This document shows, in pieces, positions 25,425 to 36,677 of a stretch of DNA of 64,000 nt (position 1 is the stretch's first letter; each line of letters starts with the position of its first letter). Source of the DNA: Amoebophrya sp. A120. Taxonomy: Eukaryota > Protista > Dinoflagellata. The stretch lies in assembly GCA_905178155.1 (NCBI GenBank), contig CAJINV010000003.1, positions 7,859,882-7,923,881 of the forward strand. Direction: 5' to 3'. The notes beneath the pieces are model-generated. The model was not told the origin of the DNA, did no database searches, and saw nothing but the letters and a program-made list of their open reading frames with translations. A program made the position numbers and the translations under genes.

Positions 25425-26963
25425 CTATGTATGATCATCAGCCTTCTGATGAGAGGCATCCTGACCTTCTGCTTGTTCTTCTAGTCGAAGATCCGAGCGC
25501 TCTAGAGGAGCAGTATCCTCGTCTGCCAACACGCTGGAATCAAAGTTGTGAAGTGCGCCCCAGTGCACCCAGTGCGAGTGTTCTCGCGGACTGTACGGCC
25601 TCGCGAAGCCACCCCGCGGAACAAGAAAGCGCGCACGCCAATGCAGCCGATCTCGCAGCTCGCGTTCCAGCAGCGTGAAAGCTGAGCCGGTGGTGCCGTA
25701 TTGCGCGCAGTTTTCCTCGAGTTTCATGGACAAGTAAGGCGCCGCTTCCAAGGCCTTTTTTTGCAGGCGTTGGCCGGTCTCGAGTGACACCTGCAGCACG
25801 GATTCCAGCGCCGCCGCAGTTTCATCCACCGAGTCGACGAGGTACAGCAGGGAAAACTCCTCGTACTGCAGGTAGGCCTCGAAGGGCAAGACCACATAGC
25901 TATCCTTGTGGTACACAAACACCGGGACGCACCCCCGCGTGAGCACGTGAAACAATCGCTGCGCGGTGTTGCCGTCGCCGGGCATCACGAGGCAGAACCG
26001 GGCGGACTCGTAGAGCAGCAAATACTCGTCCTGCTTCCGACGGAGCTGCTGCCGACTCCCGTCGTCGGCCGGGACCGGTTGGAAGTACACCGACTCGTCC
26101 CCCTTGAAGTGCCGCTGGACGGCTTCGAGCACATACAGGCGCTCCCGGAAAACAAAAGTGGTGTCCGGGATGTGCTTCACGGCCCCCACAAACAAAACGC
26201 GGACCGGGCGACTCGCAAAGTCCACCAAACCCTTGTAGGCCTTGTGGCAGTCGAACGACACAAAGTAGGGGTGTAGCACGAACCGCTGCAGCTCGAGGAG
26301 TCCGCCCCAGCCCGGCTCGAGCAGATGCGGGTGGGCGATCTCGGCCCCCGCCGGGGATGAAGAAGGAGGCTGCACGGGGAACGGGGGTCGTTCCCCCCCT
26401 GGTTGTTCTTGTTCCCCCGTAGTTCTAGTTCTTGAGGTGGCGTTCGCTGTTGTGCCGTTCTTTGCGTGATGTTGTAGATCCGCAGGAGAAAGTGCAAGCG
26501 CAAAGTTTCGGCGTCCCTGGTGCGTGTGCCCCACCGTGAGAACAAACGCGTTGCGGAGAAAGAGGTGGTACCCGTTCAAATCCAACAGTCGGTTTTCAGG
26601 TGGCAAGACGCGCGACTCCTTTTTCCAGTGCGGAAACTCGTGGCCGTAGTTGATCAGGTGGTCGTACCCCGCAAGCGCGCCAAAATCGTAGTCCTGAAAA
26701 AACTCGCGCACACACGTCAGGGACTCGGTGGACTCGTACCAGAAGAGCAACGGAAAGTAGACCGGCAGGTACACCCAATCGGCTTCCGTCCGGACTGGGG
26801 TTTCGAACTGCTGCAGGAAGGAGTGCACGGCGTCGAGGGTGAGAAGGAGCTCGGATATGTGGGAATGCAGTACGTGCGAACGCGTCTCGTTGCTCTCCCG
26901 CCACATCCCGCTCCACAAGCCCGGGTCCAGGCACATCGGAACCGCAGCAAAAAAAATCTTCAT
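25425..26963 (-). CDS. Exostosin (GT47)-like glycosyltransferase
   Basis: EADWVYLPVY, ARFCLVMPGDGNTAQRLFHVLTRGCVPVF, VVLPFEAYLQY. Confidence 0.8.
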   Translation of the reverse strand: MKIFFAAVPMCLDPGLWSGMWRESNETRSHVLHSHISELLLTLDAVHSFLQQFETPVRTEADWVYLPVYFPLLFWYESTESLTCVREFFQDYDFGALAGYDHLINYGHEFPHWKKESRVLPPENRLLDLNGYHLFLRNAFVLTVGHTHQGRRNFALALSPADLQHHAKNGTTANATSRTRTTGEQEQPGGERPPFPVQPPSSSPAGAEIAHPHLLEPGWGGLLELQRFVLHPYFVSFDCHKAYKGLVDFASRPVRVLFVGAVKHIPDTTFVFRERLYVLEAVQRHFKGDESVYFQPVPADDGSRQQLRRKQDEYLLLYESARFCLVMPGDGNTAQRLFHVLTRGCVPVFVYHKDSYVVLPFEAYLQYEEFSLLYLVDSVDETAAALESVLQVSLETGQRLQKKALEAAPYLSMKLEENCAQYGTTGSAFTLLERELRDRLHWRARFLVPRGGFARPYSPREHSHWVHWGALHNFDSSVLADEDTAPLERSDLRLEEQAEGQDASHQKADDHT

Positions 26964-27579
26964 CTTCCGGAAGACTCGACATTAAGTCGCTTAAATTCAT
27001 TGTTGTAATACCGAGCAGTCATATGATGGATGAAGATTATTAGAGCTGCCACGATTGCGACGCCGTTTTGATGAGGTCGTGGCTCTTACATTTGGATTTG
27101 GAAAAACACAAGTGAAAACAAATCTGCAGTTGAATTTCAACTGCCTTACACGACCGGGCGGAAAGAAATGAAAATGAAAAGACCTGCATTCCGTTACAGC
27201 AAAAAGCCAACCTTACCGATTGCGATTGCATTTGTTGAGCATAATTCAGACAAAATACACAAGACCTGAAAAGCAATCGTAGCTTGTATTCCTTTTCCTA
27301 TTCTTTCGCTTTCGCTACATAATCCCCGTGCATCCCCACAAAAAGTGAGCTCCATCCCCACAAAAAGTGAGAAATCAATCAGAAGTGGCCGAACACGAGA
27401 TAAAAGTCATTTTGCCACCTCGATGAAATATGCACTTTTGGATCAAGCCGGAGAAAAGGAAACCCCCAGAAGAGTACATTTATTTGAAACTCGCATCCCT
27501 GCCTGCCACTATATTCTGGCACACTTAGGTGAATACATTGGCAATCGAACTACAACCATCGATCACATTACAGGTTCGT

Positions 27580-28143
27580 TCATTGCACTAGTGTGGCGGG
27601 GTCCGAAACTTCTGCAGCGCTCATGGTAGGTCCCGGGTCGTGCAAGAGAAAATTTGCCAACTGTTCGCACCGCCTGAGCTCAGCGTCTCGAGCAGCGTTT
27701 TCGTCTGCTATAGCAGTGTTCCCCTGTGCCTGAATCGCGGATGCGCGCTTTGCGGCCTCTTCGTCTGCCCGGGGACGATTGGTCGAACCGTACTGTTGCC
27801 AGAGCGACTTCGGCGCGATCAGCTTTTCGCAGTCCTGCACAACGCGCGGCCTCACGCGCTTCAAGAGTCGGACCTTGCGATTGAACAGGTTCTCCTCGAG
27901 CTGGTTGACAGCAGCCTCGGTACGGTTCGCGTTCGTGCGTACCTCCTGCCCGAGCTGCTGCAGCCGCCGAGCCGCCAGGGCGCAATTCCGCTTGTTTTGC
28001 GCGGCCAGCAAAAGGCTTCGGTGCGCATCACGGAAAAACTTCTTAATGGTCGGGGTCGCACCCATGGGCACCATACCCGTCGGTGTCGGCGGGGGGTACG
28101 CCGTTACCATTTCCCACAGGTTTTCTCGAGAGGGTGCGGACAT
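27580..28143 (-). CDS. Hypothetical coiled-coil protein
   Basis: 187-aa GC-rich ORF, co-oriented with neighbours, helical composition. Confidence 0.5.
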   Translation of the reverse strand: MSAPSRENLWEMVTAYPPPTPTGMVPMGATPTIKKFFRDAHRSLLLAAQNKRNCALAARRLQQLGQEVRTNANRTEAAVNQLEENLFNRKVRLLKRVRPRVVQDCEKLIAPKSLWQQYGSTNRPRADEEAAKRASAIQAQGNTAIADENAARDAELRRCEQLANFLLHDPGPTMSAAEVSDPATLVQ

Positions 28144-29747
28144 CTTTTGACACCTCGAGAGCGAGTATGTCTGTACCTACGACACAAAGAGAAACCAGAG
28201 GAAACGCAAACGACACAGAAAGTTCAAACACGGTGAAGAGAAGAAACGTTAGCACACCTACACTCAGACAACCGGAAAAAAAAAGCACGAGAACTGTAAG
28301 TGCACTACGCATCGACTTAGACAATTCTATCTATCACCATACGTCACGCTACACAAATCTATCATACATTCCGCGCTAATATTCCAAGCGAGTATGTATA
28401 TCATCGACTGCACTGGAAGTAGACCGCGCGCACTCACAAACAGGCCAGCCACTTACTTACTAGACCACCACGCTCAGAGACTCAGTCGACTACTAGCATC
28501 TCACTGCAGTAACGCCAACGTTCCCTCAATGCCCGCTTTTTTTCTCCTTCGCACGAACTTCAATTCCTGCCTAAGTGTAGGAGTTCCTTACTCGAATCTA
28601 CTTTCAATCTCTCACGCTGGCCCTTTCTCTCAGCAACTCAATCATATGGATAACTAAAAAAATCTACCGCTCCCGACTCTTGTGTACATGGCTGCATTCT
28701 TTCGACCATGCCAGCAGTCTTGAGAGAAATACAACAATAAGCATAGCAAAGTAAACTAACCTAAAACATCATCATCATCATCTTTGTGTTTGTCCGTGAC
28801 ATTGGAATTATGTCTGTTCTCATCGTTCCTCTTGAGTGGACGTACACTCGAGCGCACTTTTTGTGACATCCGATGTCACTCCGCAACCCATGTCCCCTCG
28901 GGGCTGCGGTAGAAGGATTGGCCTGCAACGTCCTTGACTTCTCTTCCGGTGTTCTCACAAAAATCTTCGCTCGTCACCGTAAATTGAACTTCTGGGTCGC
29001 TTTCTAGTTGCCAGTTGTTTCCCGTGGCGCCTGGCACTCTGCCCCAGCGCTTGCCGCTGATCTTCTGAAGGAACGCCGCCCGCGCTTGCTCGCTTTCCTA
29101 CCTTTGTTGCTCTATTCGTGCGCGCTGCTCCTCGCTTCTTTTGCTCATTTTCTCTGTGGTTTGCCGCCTTTGCTTCTGCCGGCCGATTTGCACGCTTCTT
29201 TTGTCTCGCATGCTTTCCTTCAGTGTGATGGCGTCCGGGGGGGCTGTAAAAAAACAACCTAAATATAAATATAAAATAAAGCTAAAGAAAGCACACCTAG
29301 ATCGCTGATATTTCCATTTTTCAAGAGAGGAAGGAGGAGCATGGGGAACCTAAAGAGGGCGTAGAAGAAGAGAGCAAGCGAGTGTTCGTTTGTACATTTT
29401 CTGGTGGTCTGCTGGTAGTTGTGAACGTCTTCACTATCGCCTTAAGCACCGGCCTAAACCTGCACACCGTTTGCCTACGGTGCACAGCCCGATCATGATC
29501 TGCGGCTCCAGCCATGTGTAACTTGCTCGAGCGGGAGAAAAGATGGGCGCGGCAGCAACGCAGGTAGCTACAGCTACCAATTTCTCTCGGTTATTTCTCT
29601 CATGAAGATACAGGACGACGAAATGAAGAACACACTTCCAAAAGTAATTTTCACTAGCAACACAGCTATCGCTTTTGGATCAGCATCGCTAGAAGCATGC
29701 AAGGCAAAGATCAATATTTTGTAGACTTATAATTGCAATTCATTTAC

Positions 29748-30274
29748 TGTTAGTGGACTTGAGAACACTCGCACACACTTCCACACGTTTGCTCCACTGA
29801 GCTCGTTATCAACAGCAGTTCAATGAGTTCTCTCAATTGCAAGCAAGCAAGCAAGTGACGCAAGTCTCTCGCTGCGTTACATCCTGTAGGTTCAATTCAT
29901 CCAAATTCATCGCATTCATATGGACCAAACCTGGTCAGAGTCAAGTGGCAAAACAGCATGGGAGTCCACTCCTCAACCTGCTCAGATTGGTGCTCGACCC
30001 TGGCGGGAGTCAAGTCCCCCAGGGCGACCATTCTGAACGTCTGGACCGAGCTGAGTCCATTCATTTCACTACGATCCTGATGGCTTTGCCTTCGTAGTAT
30101 TTGGGGGATTCGCGGAACATGGTGAAGAGTTTCCTTTAGGATCTAGATAGATTCTGACCATTTCCCTAAGGATCTAGCTAGTTCAGGTCATTCAGAGCTG
30201 TCATTTCATTGGGAACAGGCGTCATTTGGGGCGATCGTGTTACGTGTGTGCGGGATCGATTTCCATGACCAACA
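29748..30274 (-). repeat. 3' LTR (527 bp)
   Basis: Near-identical to 35426..35953, about 14 differences by eye. Confidence 0.95.
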
Positions 30275-30367
30275 CCCCTCCTCAATCGCTGCGGCGGTGG
30301 TGCTAATCTGGATAGCGTCCTACCACACTCCCCTCCTGAGCGCGCTGTGGTGAACTAGCTATCCCCT

Positions 30368-33300
30368 CTAGAAACCAAAATAAATCGAATAAGTATAGCC
30401 TACTTTAGCCTTGCCCTTGTGATTCCCCTCTATAAACGTGTCTAAATCATCCTCATCGTCAGAGGAGTCACAAATAAAAGACTTAGGGTCGGGGTTATCA
30501 ATATGGTGCAAGAGTAAGCGTCTCTGCGGCACACTACACTCGAGCTTCGTGAGACCGTCTGCCTTCATTAGGTAGGTCGGGCAGAACATGATCTGGCTCG
30601 CTGCGTCTCTCACGCGGAGATATCGCAGTGCGTAGTGCCTCGATTTCGGTTTGTTGTCTGTGCTCTTAGCTGTAGTTATCGCGGACTGGTTGTCGATCCA
30701 CAATATGGCATCATCCAGGGAGGGAGATAAGCCATTCTGCTTTTCCACCATGACAGTGGGTAGAGGTTTGAAGAACTCTGTAAAGTCATTCTGCTCGCTC
30801 AGCACAATAGTGTCGGAAGCAGCTATATACTCCGCCTCCGCCGTGGAGTACGCCCTCACGGTCTGCCGGTTGCTACGCCAACAGATCGGGAAGCCGCGGA
30901 AGTACATAATGCTACCACTAGTGCTTCGCATGGTCTTGCAACAGTTCGCAAAACTAGCATCCGAAAACAGATTCACATCAGGCAAGTCTCTCCCGTCGGG
31001 CAGTAGCTTGCTGTAGATTCTGTTGAATTCTTCCTCAATTTCCGGACTATACGACAGACCCTGCTCCTTCGTTGTCAATAGATACTTCAGAATCTTCTTA
31101 CAGGCGTTTACGACAGGCCGAGTCGCCGGCTTGCCCACGTATCTGGCGACAGTGGCAACCGGGACAACAATGTCTACCCTGCAAGTGGTTGCAGCCCACT
31201 GCAGAGAGCCAACGACCTCTCGAAGGGGAAAACCTTCAATAACTTTAGCTCCTTCAACTTCTTTAGCGAGTTCAGACTCATCGAAGTTTGGCGAGTGGAC
31301 CGGCTTGCCCGCTTCTGAGACGTGGAATTTCTTACAAATCTTGGATATGTACTCTGTCATCACGATCCTAACGGTTCGTAGATTCCAGTTGTAGTACACT
31401 ATTGACCCTAGGAAGTCAAACTTCTTGGACACAGAGTTAAACTCCGGAACAAGCTCGACGTCGATCATGCGCCCCTTGACGTGGTGCAAGATCTCCGCAA
31501 GTTCTCCAGCCAACTCGGACCCAGTCGGAGGACCTGTGATAAGATTATCGTCGACATACACTGCCAACTTCAGAAACTTCCCAGGGTGTTCCAAGCTCGG
31601 TTTCTTCCACAGACCTGGCGCAGAGGGACAGGGTTCCCAACCTAGCTTGGTCAGTACTTCCTCATACTTCTTATACCAGAGCCTGGGGGCGTCTTTCAAG
31701 CCGTAAAGCGCTTTCTTGAGCTTGACGATCTCCACGCCGTGCTTCTTCGCCCAGATGGGTGGCAAGCGGCAGAAGACGTCGCGATCAAGTAAGGCATTGA
31801 GAAACGCACTATCAAGGTCGAACGGGATCACATCATCACCGTCTGCGGCTGCAGCGGCTAGAAGTAACCTGTTAGCGGCATGGGACACAACAGGAGCGAA
31901 AGTGTCCAGCTCGCCCGAACGATCTAGATTACCGAGTACTACTGCTCGCGCTTTCTTCGTACCGTCACGCTTCTCGGTAAGAAGGATAGCAATAGGCAAA
32001 ACCTGCTTTGCGGTCGCTAGCTCCTCGTCAGTAGCTGGCTCCCACACTTTATAGGCTTCAAGTCTACAATCTTCCTTGTTGGTTGCTGCGTTCCATTCGA
32101 CTGAGTCTTTGCAACGAGCAGGATCCAACTTGGCCGATGTAGTCAAGTAACACTGGACGTCGAGGAATTCCTCACCTTCCTCGCGATCATCCTGTGCTGC
32201 TATTGCTGCGGCAAAGGCACTAGCGTCCTTTCTCAATTCTGCGAGCTCTTTCTTAGTACGTCTCACGCGCTTTGTCTTGTCCTTTCTCCCTTTGGGACGA
32301 CCACGACCTCGCGGCTTGGAGTTGCGGTTGCCAGCCACAATCCTTGCCGGAGACGGGCTCGCCTTTCTTGGACTAGATAAGCTGCTGTGAGTGGGGTGAT
32401 CGTCCAGATTCCCCTCCTCAGGTTTAACACCTTCAGGCTCGGGATCTATCTGGCCCGGATCATCTTCCCTATCCAGACTTTCAACCACCAACGTCTCTTC
32501 AGGACCGTCAGGCTGCCTACCAGTGTGCTCCGAGACATCCACCCCCAGCCGGTGCTCAGCCCTTTTGATCAGACCGACACACGGGAGAGATGGCGCACAC
32601 GGCGCTCCACTAGGTAGGGCCTCGATTGCGTCACACTCGACATAGATACCTTTGGAGTTAGGAACTAGGTCTTCAATATTCTTCACGAGGTACTCCTCAC
32701 GGAACTTGACGTCGATGGTAGAATACTCCATCCAACGATGTCCCGCGGCGGACCGGCCGTCCGTGACATACGTCCCAACCCGCCAGCCCGAAGACTTAGG
32801 ACAAAGGCCGAGAAATACCCCACGACGAAATGGCGCGGACAGCTTTGGAGCAACCACTTCTACTCCCCCCTCAGGAGCTTCATGAACTTCGCCTTTCTTG
32901 ACTTGTTCACGAAAATAAACGAGACAACCAAAACGCCTTAGCATCCTTGTGCCAACTTTCGAACTGTTTCTTCCAGTTCTCTCATCCAGAATTTCTGCAG
33001 GAGTCTTTCCGTCGTACTCAGGCATTTTGCTATACTTATGCGGAAGGCGGTCCCAGCATGCTGCAGCGTACTCGACCGAGTAGCACCACAGACGCTTGTC
33101 CACGTTCACCAACATCGCACGCACAGCGCCGAATATGGTCCGCATAAAGCGTTCGCAGGTTCCGTTCTGCTCTGGGTTGTAGGGAACCGTAGGAGCATCA
33201 CCGACCCGCAGCGATTGCATGACCTTGGTCATGGAGTCACTGCCCAGAACTGGCTCATTGTCCCTACGGACGAACCATACCACTTTGTCCTCGAGGGTCA

Positions 33301-34186
33301 GAGCGTAGCTCTGGCGAATGCCTTTGATCAATTCTTCCAAAACCCCAACGCAGTCACTTTTCAGCTTAAGAGGGACACAGAAACACTTCTTGATGGCATC
33401 ACAGATGACAACAAGCACGCAGGTGCGTGACCGAATCGATACAGGTTTAATACCTACCGCGAAGTCCATCGCAAGTAGTTTCAATGGTTCAGGTTTGTAA
33501 TTACTAGTGTCGCGCTCTTTTGCGTGAGAGCTTCTTGCGCCCTTCGCTTTGTCGCATTCGGGACACTGGACATTAAGACCATCTACGTGAAAGTGTCCGA
33601 ATCTTCTATGTTGTTCTAAACGCGTAAGGTGACAACTAGCAATACTTTCTTCGATTGTAATGCATGCAATGTCTTCCGCGGTGTCACTAGTCGCCTGACC
33701 CCGGAGGCCCATCACGAAAAGATCACACCCAAGGACTGGGAGGCTCAACCTCTCGTGGTTCTTGATTGGTAGCATCTGACCGGATTCCCTGTTGACGAGA
33801 GAACCGCCAGAGCTGTTGTAGTTCAGATCCCACCCACGATCACTGAGATTGTCCTCACCGAGCCACGGAAGTATACGATCAATATCTCTTGGTAGATGTT
33901 TAAAGTAGACGCCGCAGGGTAAACCTAGAGCGTTTTCCTTCAATTTTCCTACAAAACCATCACGAGCCCCGGCCGTGCCGTTGATGCGACAGACGTTGCT
34001 CGAGATGTCAATAAAATCCGATTTGTGTCTAGATAAATACTTGTTTGCACATGAATCGACCAAGCTCACTTCGTCCTTGGTCTGTGCAATAAAACAGCTA
34101 GAATAATTTGAGTCAAATTCTTCTAAATTCTCGAAGTTCAGCATGCAAGTACCATACTCCGAGATATAAACACCTCCTTCATCTAG
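30368..34186 (-). CDS. pol: Copia Pol (protease, integrase, RT, RNase H), in frame with gag
   Basis: LVDSCAN (PR), H..C..C zinc site and RDNE/PEQNGTCER (IN), KKALYGLK and YVDD (RT), FSDASFA (RH). Confidence 0.93.
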   Translation of the reverse strand, partial: LDEGGVYISEYGTCMLNFENLEEFDSNYSSCFIAQTKDEVSLVDSCANKYLSRHKSDFIDISSNVCRINGTAGARDGFVGKLKENALGLPCGVYFKHLPRDIDRILPWLGEDNLSDRGWDLNYNSSGGSLVNRESGQMLPIKNHERLSLPVLGCDLFVMGLRGQATSDTAEDIACITIEESIASCHLTRLEQHRRFGHFHVDGLNVQCPECDKAKGARSSHAKERDTSNYKPEPLKLLAMDFAVGIKPVSIRSRTCVLVVICDAIKKCFCVPLKLKSDCVGVLEELIKGIRQSYALTLEDKVVWFVRRDNEPVLGSDSMTKVMQSLRVGDAPTVPYNPEQNGTCERFMRTIFGAVRAMLVNVDKRLWCYSVEYAAACWDRLPHKYSKMPEYDGKTPAEILDERTGRNSSKVGTRMLRRFGCLVYFREQVKKGEVHEAPEGGVEVVAPKLSAPFRRGVFLGLCPKSSGWRVGTYVTDGRSAAGHRWMEYSTIDVKFREEYLVKNIEDLVPNSKGIYVECDAIEALPSGAPCAPSLPCVGLIKRAEHRLGVDVSEHTGRQPDGPEETLVVESLDREDDPGQIDPEPEGVKPEEGNLDDHPTHSSLSSPRKASPSPARIVAGNRNSKPRGRGRPKGRKDKTKRVRRTKKELAELRKDASAFAAAIAAQDDREEGEEFLDVQCYLTTSAKLDPARCKDSVEWNAATNKEDCRLEAYKVWEPATDEELATAKQVLPIAILLTEKRDGTKKARAVVLGNLDRSGELDTFAPVVSHAANRLLLAAAAADGDDVIPFDLDSAFLNALLDRDVFCRLPPIWAKKHGVEIVKLKKALYGLKDAPRLWYKKYEEVLTKLGWEPCPSAPGLWKKPSLEHPGKFLKLAVYVDDNLITGPPTGSELAGELAEILHHVKGRMIDVELVPEFNSVSKKFDFLGSIVYYNWNLRTVRIVMTEYISKICKKFHVSEAGKPVHSPNFDESELAKEVEGAKVIEGFPLREVVGSLQWAATTCRVDIVVPVATVARYVGKPATRPVVNACKKILKYLLTTKEQGLSYSPEIEEEFNRIYSKLLPDGRDLPDVNLFSDASFANCCKTMRSTSGSIMYFRGFPICWRSNRQTVRAYSTAEAEYIAASDTIVLSEQNDFTEFFKPLPTVMVEKQNGLSPSLDDAILWIDNQSAITTAKSTDNKPKSRHYALRYLRVRDAASQIMFCPTYLMKADGLTKLECSVPQRRLLLHHIDNPDPKSFICDSSDDEDDLDTFIEGNHKGKAKVGYTYSIYFGF

Positions 34187-35380
34187 TCAGGCTGGCCCTT
34201 GCCAGACCCAACCACCCTTGTTTCCACCGGCTCCCTGCCCTTGATTCTGGTTGTTCGTCTGGTTCTGGTTCACCGGCGGACACCACTGCGGCTGCTGGTT
34301 TCCCCAGACACCACCCCACTGACCTTTCCCTTGATTGTTAGGATTCCAGCGGCAACGGTCAGCCTTATGGTTTTCCTTGCCACAGATCCAGCATTTGGGT
34401 TTGGTCGCAGTGTTGTAGGGAGTGCTCTGGTTCCGACCAGTCTTACCACCACCTTTCTGGCCACTTCCACCCTTAGCGTTAGACTTCGGGGGCAGGCCAT
34501 GGGCAGCCAGGACACTCGCTTCGGTCTGCTTGCGTAATTTGGCTTTCATGCGTTTCAAGGCTTTCGCCGAGAACACCTTGCCAGAAGCAGCATTTTGACC
34601 ATCATCAGCGGAGTCCGGCTCCTCATCGTCATCGTCTTTCTGACGTTTATTTCCCTTTCTCTTCTTCGACTTCTCCTCGATGACCGGAAAGGCCTTGCCG
34701 AAGGACGGACTCTCGATCTTGTAGGAACCTTCCTTGACCAACTGCGCGAGCTTCTTCTCGAGACGGTTCCCGATCTCCTGGAGGGTGATGCGATCGGACT
34801 CGTCCACGCAGCGGTCGATGGTCTGGCGGAAGGCCGACGCGAACATCTTGGGCAGCTTGTCCAGAATGTTCTTGACATGACGATCTTCGACCGGACGCCC
34901 GGGCTCCGGGACGTAGACACTCGGCGCCATCTCCATCAGCTCGTGGATCTGGGCCAGGAACGTCGGAGCATCCTTCGGCGCGTCGCGGTTGTCGAAATGC
35001 GTGGCGTCGATCGAGGAGGTCTTGATGTGCTGCTGGTCACGGGAGGCAACATTGAAGCGACCAACATCACGAATACGCATGAACAGCTGCGCAGCGTCGT
35101 CGTTGATGTAGTGCTGACTGTTGACCCACGTGGACACGGACCCGGTGCACGACTTGTAGATGGCATCCTTCAGGTCGCGCCACTTCTCCCGGATCGCGTT
35201 ACTGGCGGTATTGTTCGCTTGCGGAATCCCCGGAGGGTTACCAGCAAGACGATTATCCCAATACTCCTGGAGTCCGAGGCGAGAGACCTCGCTCGTGGCT
35301 CCACGATGCCAGATGCGCCAGTCCTGCGCACTGGACAACTTCTCAACCAGCTTTGCCTCTTGGCCCATTATTTCAATCAC
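34187..35380 (-). CDS. gag: Copia Gag with zinc knuckle
   Basis: CWICGKENHKADRC (CX2CX4HX4C), immediately downstream of the 5' LTR. Confidence 0.9.
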   Translation of the reverse strand: MIEIMGQEAKLVEKLSSAQDWRIWHRGATSEVSRLGLQEYWDNRLAGNPPGIPQANNTASNAIREKWRDLKDAIYKSCTGSVSTWVNSQHYINDDAAQLFMRIRDVGRFNVASRDQQHIKTSSIDATHFDNRDAPKDAPTFLAQIHELMEMAPSVYVPEPGRPVEDRHVKNILDKLPKMFASAFRQTIDRCVDESDRITLQEIGNRLEKKLAQLVKEGSYKIESPSFGKAFPVIEEKSKKRKGNKRQKDDDDEEPDSADDGQNAASGKVFSAKALKRMKAKLRKQTEASVLAAHGLPPKSNAKGGSGQKGGGKTGRNQSTPYNTATKPKCWICGKENHKADRCRWNPNNQGKGQWGGVWGNQQPQWCPPVNQNQTNNQNQGQGAGGNKGGWVWQGPA

Positions 35381-35425
35381 TTATCTGACTATAAGAGCCA
35401 GTTTGAGTCTCAAGGCGTAACGTAG

Positions 35426-35953
35426 TGTTAGTGGACTTGAGAACACTCGCACACACTTACACACGTTTGCTCCACTGAGCTCGTTATCAACAGCAGTTCA
35501 ATGAGTTCTCTCAATTGCAAGCAAGCAAGCAAGTGACGCAAGTCTCTTGCTGCGTTACATCCTGTAGGTTCAATTCATCCAAATTCATCGCATTCATATG
35601 GACCAAACCTGGTCAGAGTCAAGTGGCAAAACAGCATGGGTGTCCATTCCTCAACCTTTTCTGTTTGGTGCTCGACCCTGGCGGGAGTCAAGTCCCTCAG
35701 GGCGACCATTCTGAACGTCTGGACCGAGCTGAGTCCATTCATTTCACTACGATCCTGATGGCTTTGCCTTCGTAGTATTTGGGGGATTCGCGGAACATGG
35801 TGAAGAGTTTCCTTTAGGATCCAGATAGATTCTGACCATTTCCCTAAGGATCTAGCTAGTTCAGGTCATTCAGAAACGTCATTTCATCTGGGAACAGGCG
35901 TCATTTGGGGCGATCGTGTTACGTGTGTGCGGGATCGATTTCCATGACCAACA
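35426..35953 (-). repeat. 5' LTR (528 bp)
   Basis: tgttagtgg...gaccaaca, followed by TSD tttac. Confidence 0.95.
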
Positions 35954-36677
35954 TTTACTATGTTGAAGAGGCGGTGTTTACGACTTGGCAATCACCATAA
36001 ACTCAAATTACAAATTTCTGATGCTGAAGCGCCATGATTTCCAATTTGTCATGCTTAACAGACTGCGCGACTAAAGCCCGGGGGGGTGCGGGGTCCGAGG
36101 GGTGCACAATGCACGGCCCGGAACACCCTAACATGCCCCGCGACTGGCACAGGACCAGCAACACAACTATTATCGCCGATCTCAGTTTGTCGATCACGAC
36201 GTAGCTGCGAAGCCGTCCATAGTCGATTTCCAATTTGTCATGCAAAAACATAAGGTGGACCATCATAGATGGTGGCCCTGACTGACATATTTGGAGGCGC
36301 ATTTGAGAGACTGAATACAAAAAATACAAATCTCTGATGCTAAAGCGCCAATACTCCATAGTGTCATGCAAAAATAGAAGGAAAAGACCAAAAAATGGGT
36401 CTGGACTGACACTTCGGACGCATGGCAAATTAAGAGCAAAAATAGAAAGTGTCAATGCACTTGCACTAGATTTTTCGTACATCTTTTCATGAAATAGCTC
36501 TGTATTGACACAAGACGAAAGCGAAGACGTGAAGATACCGAGCTTGCGACTGAGATTCGAACTCAAGATTTCCGGATCAGCATTTGTGGACTTGATGCCA
36601 ACACTTTTTGAAAAACCACTTTTAAATGAGAGTTACCTCTATTCAATTTTAAATGAGAGCTACCTAATTGATGCCCG

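Larger units (their letters stand above)
29748..35953 (-). mobile_element. Full-length Ty1/copia LTR retrotransposon
   Basis: TG...CA LTRs, 5-bp TSD tttac (29743-47 and 35954-58), polypurine tract next to 30275, domain order gag-PR-IN-RT-RH. Confidence 0.96.
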
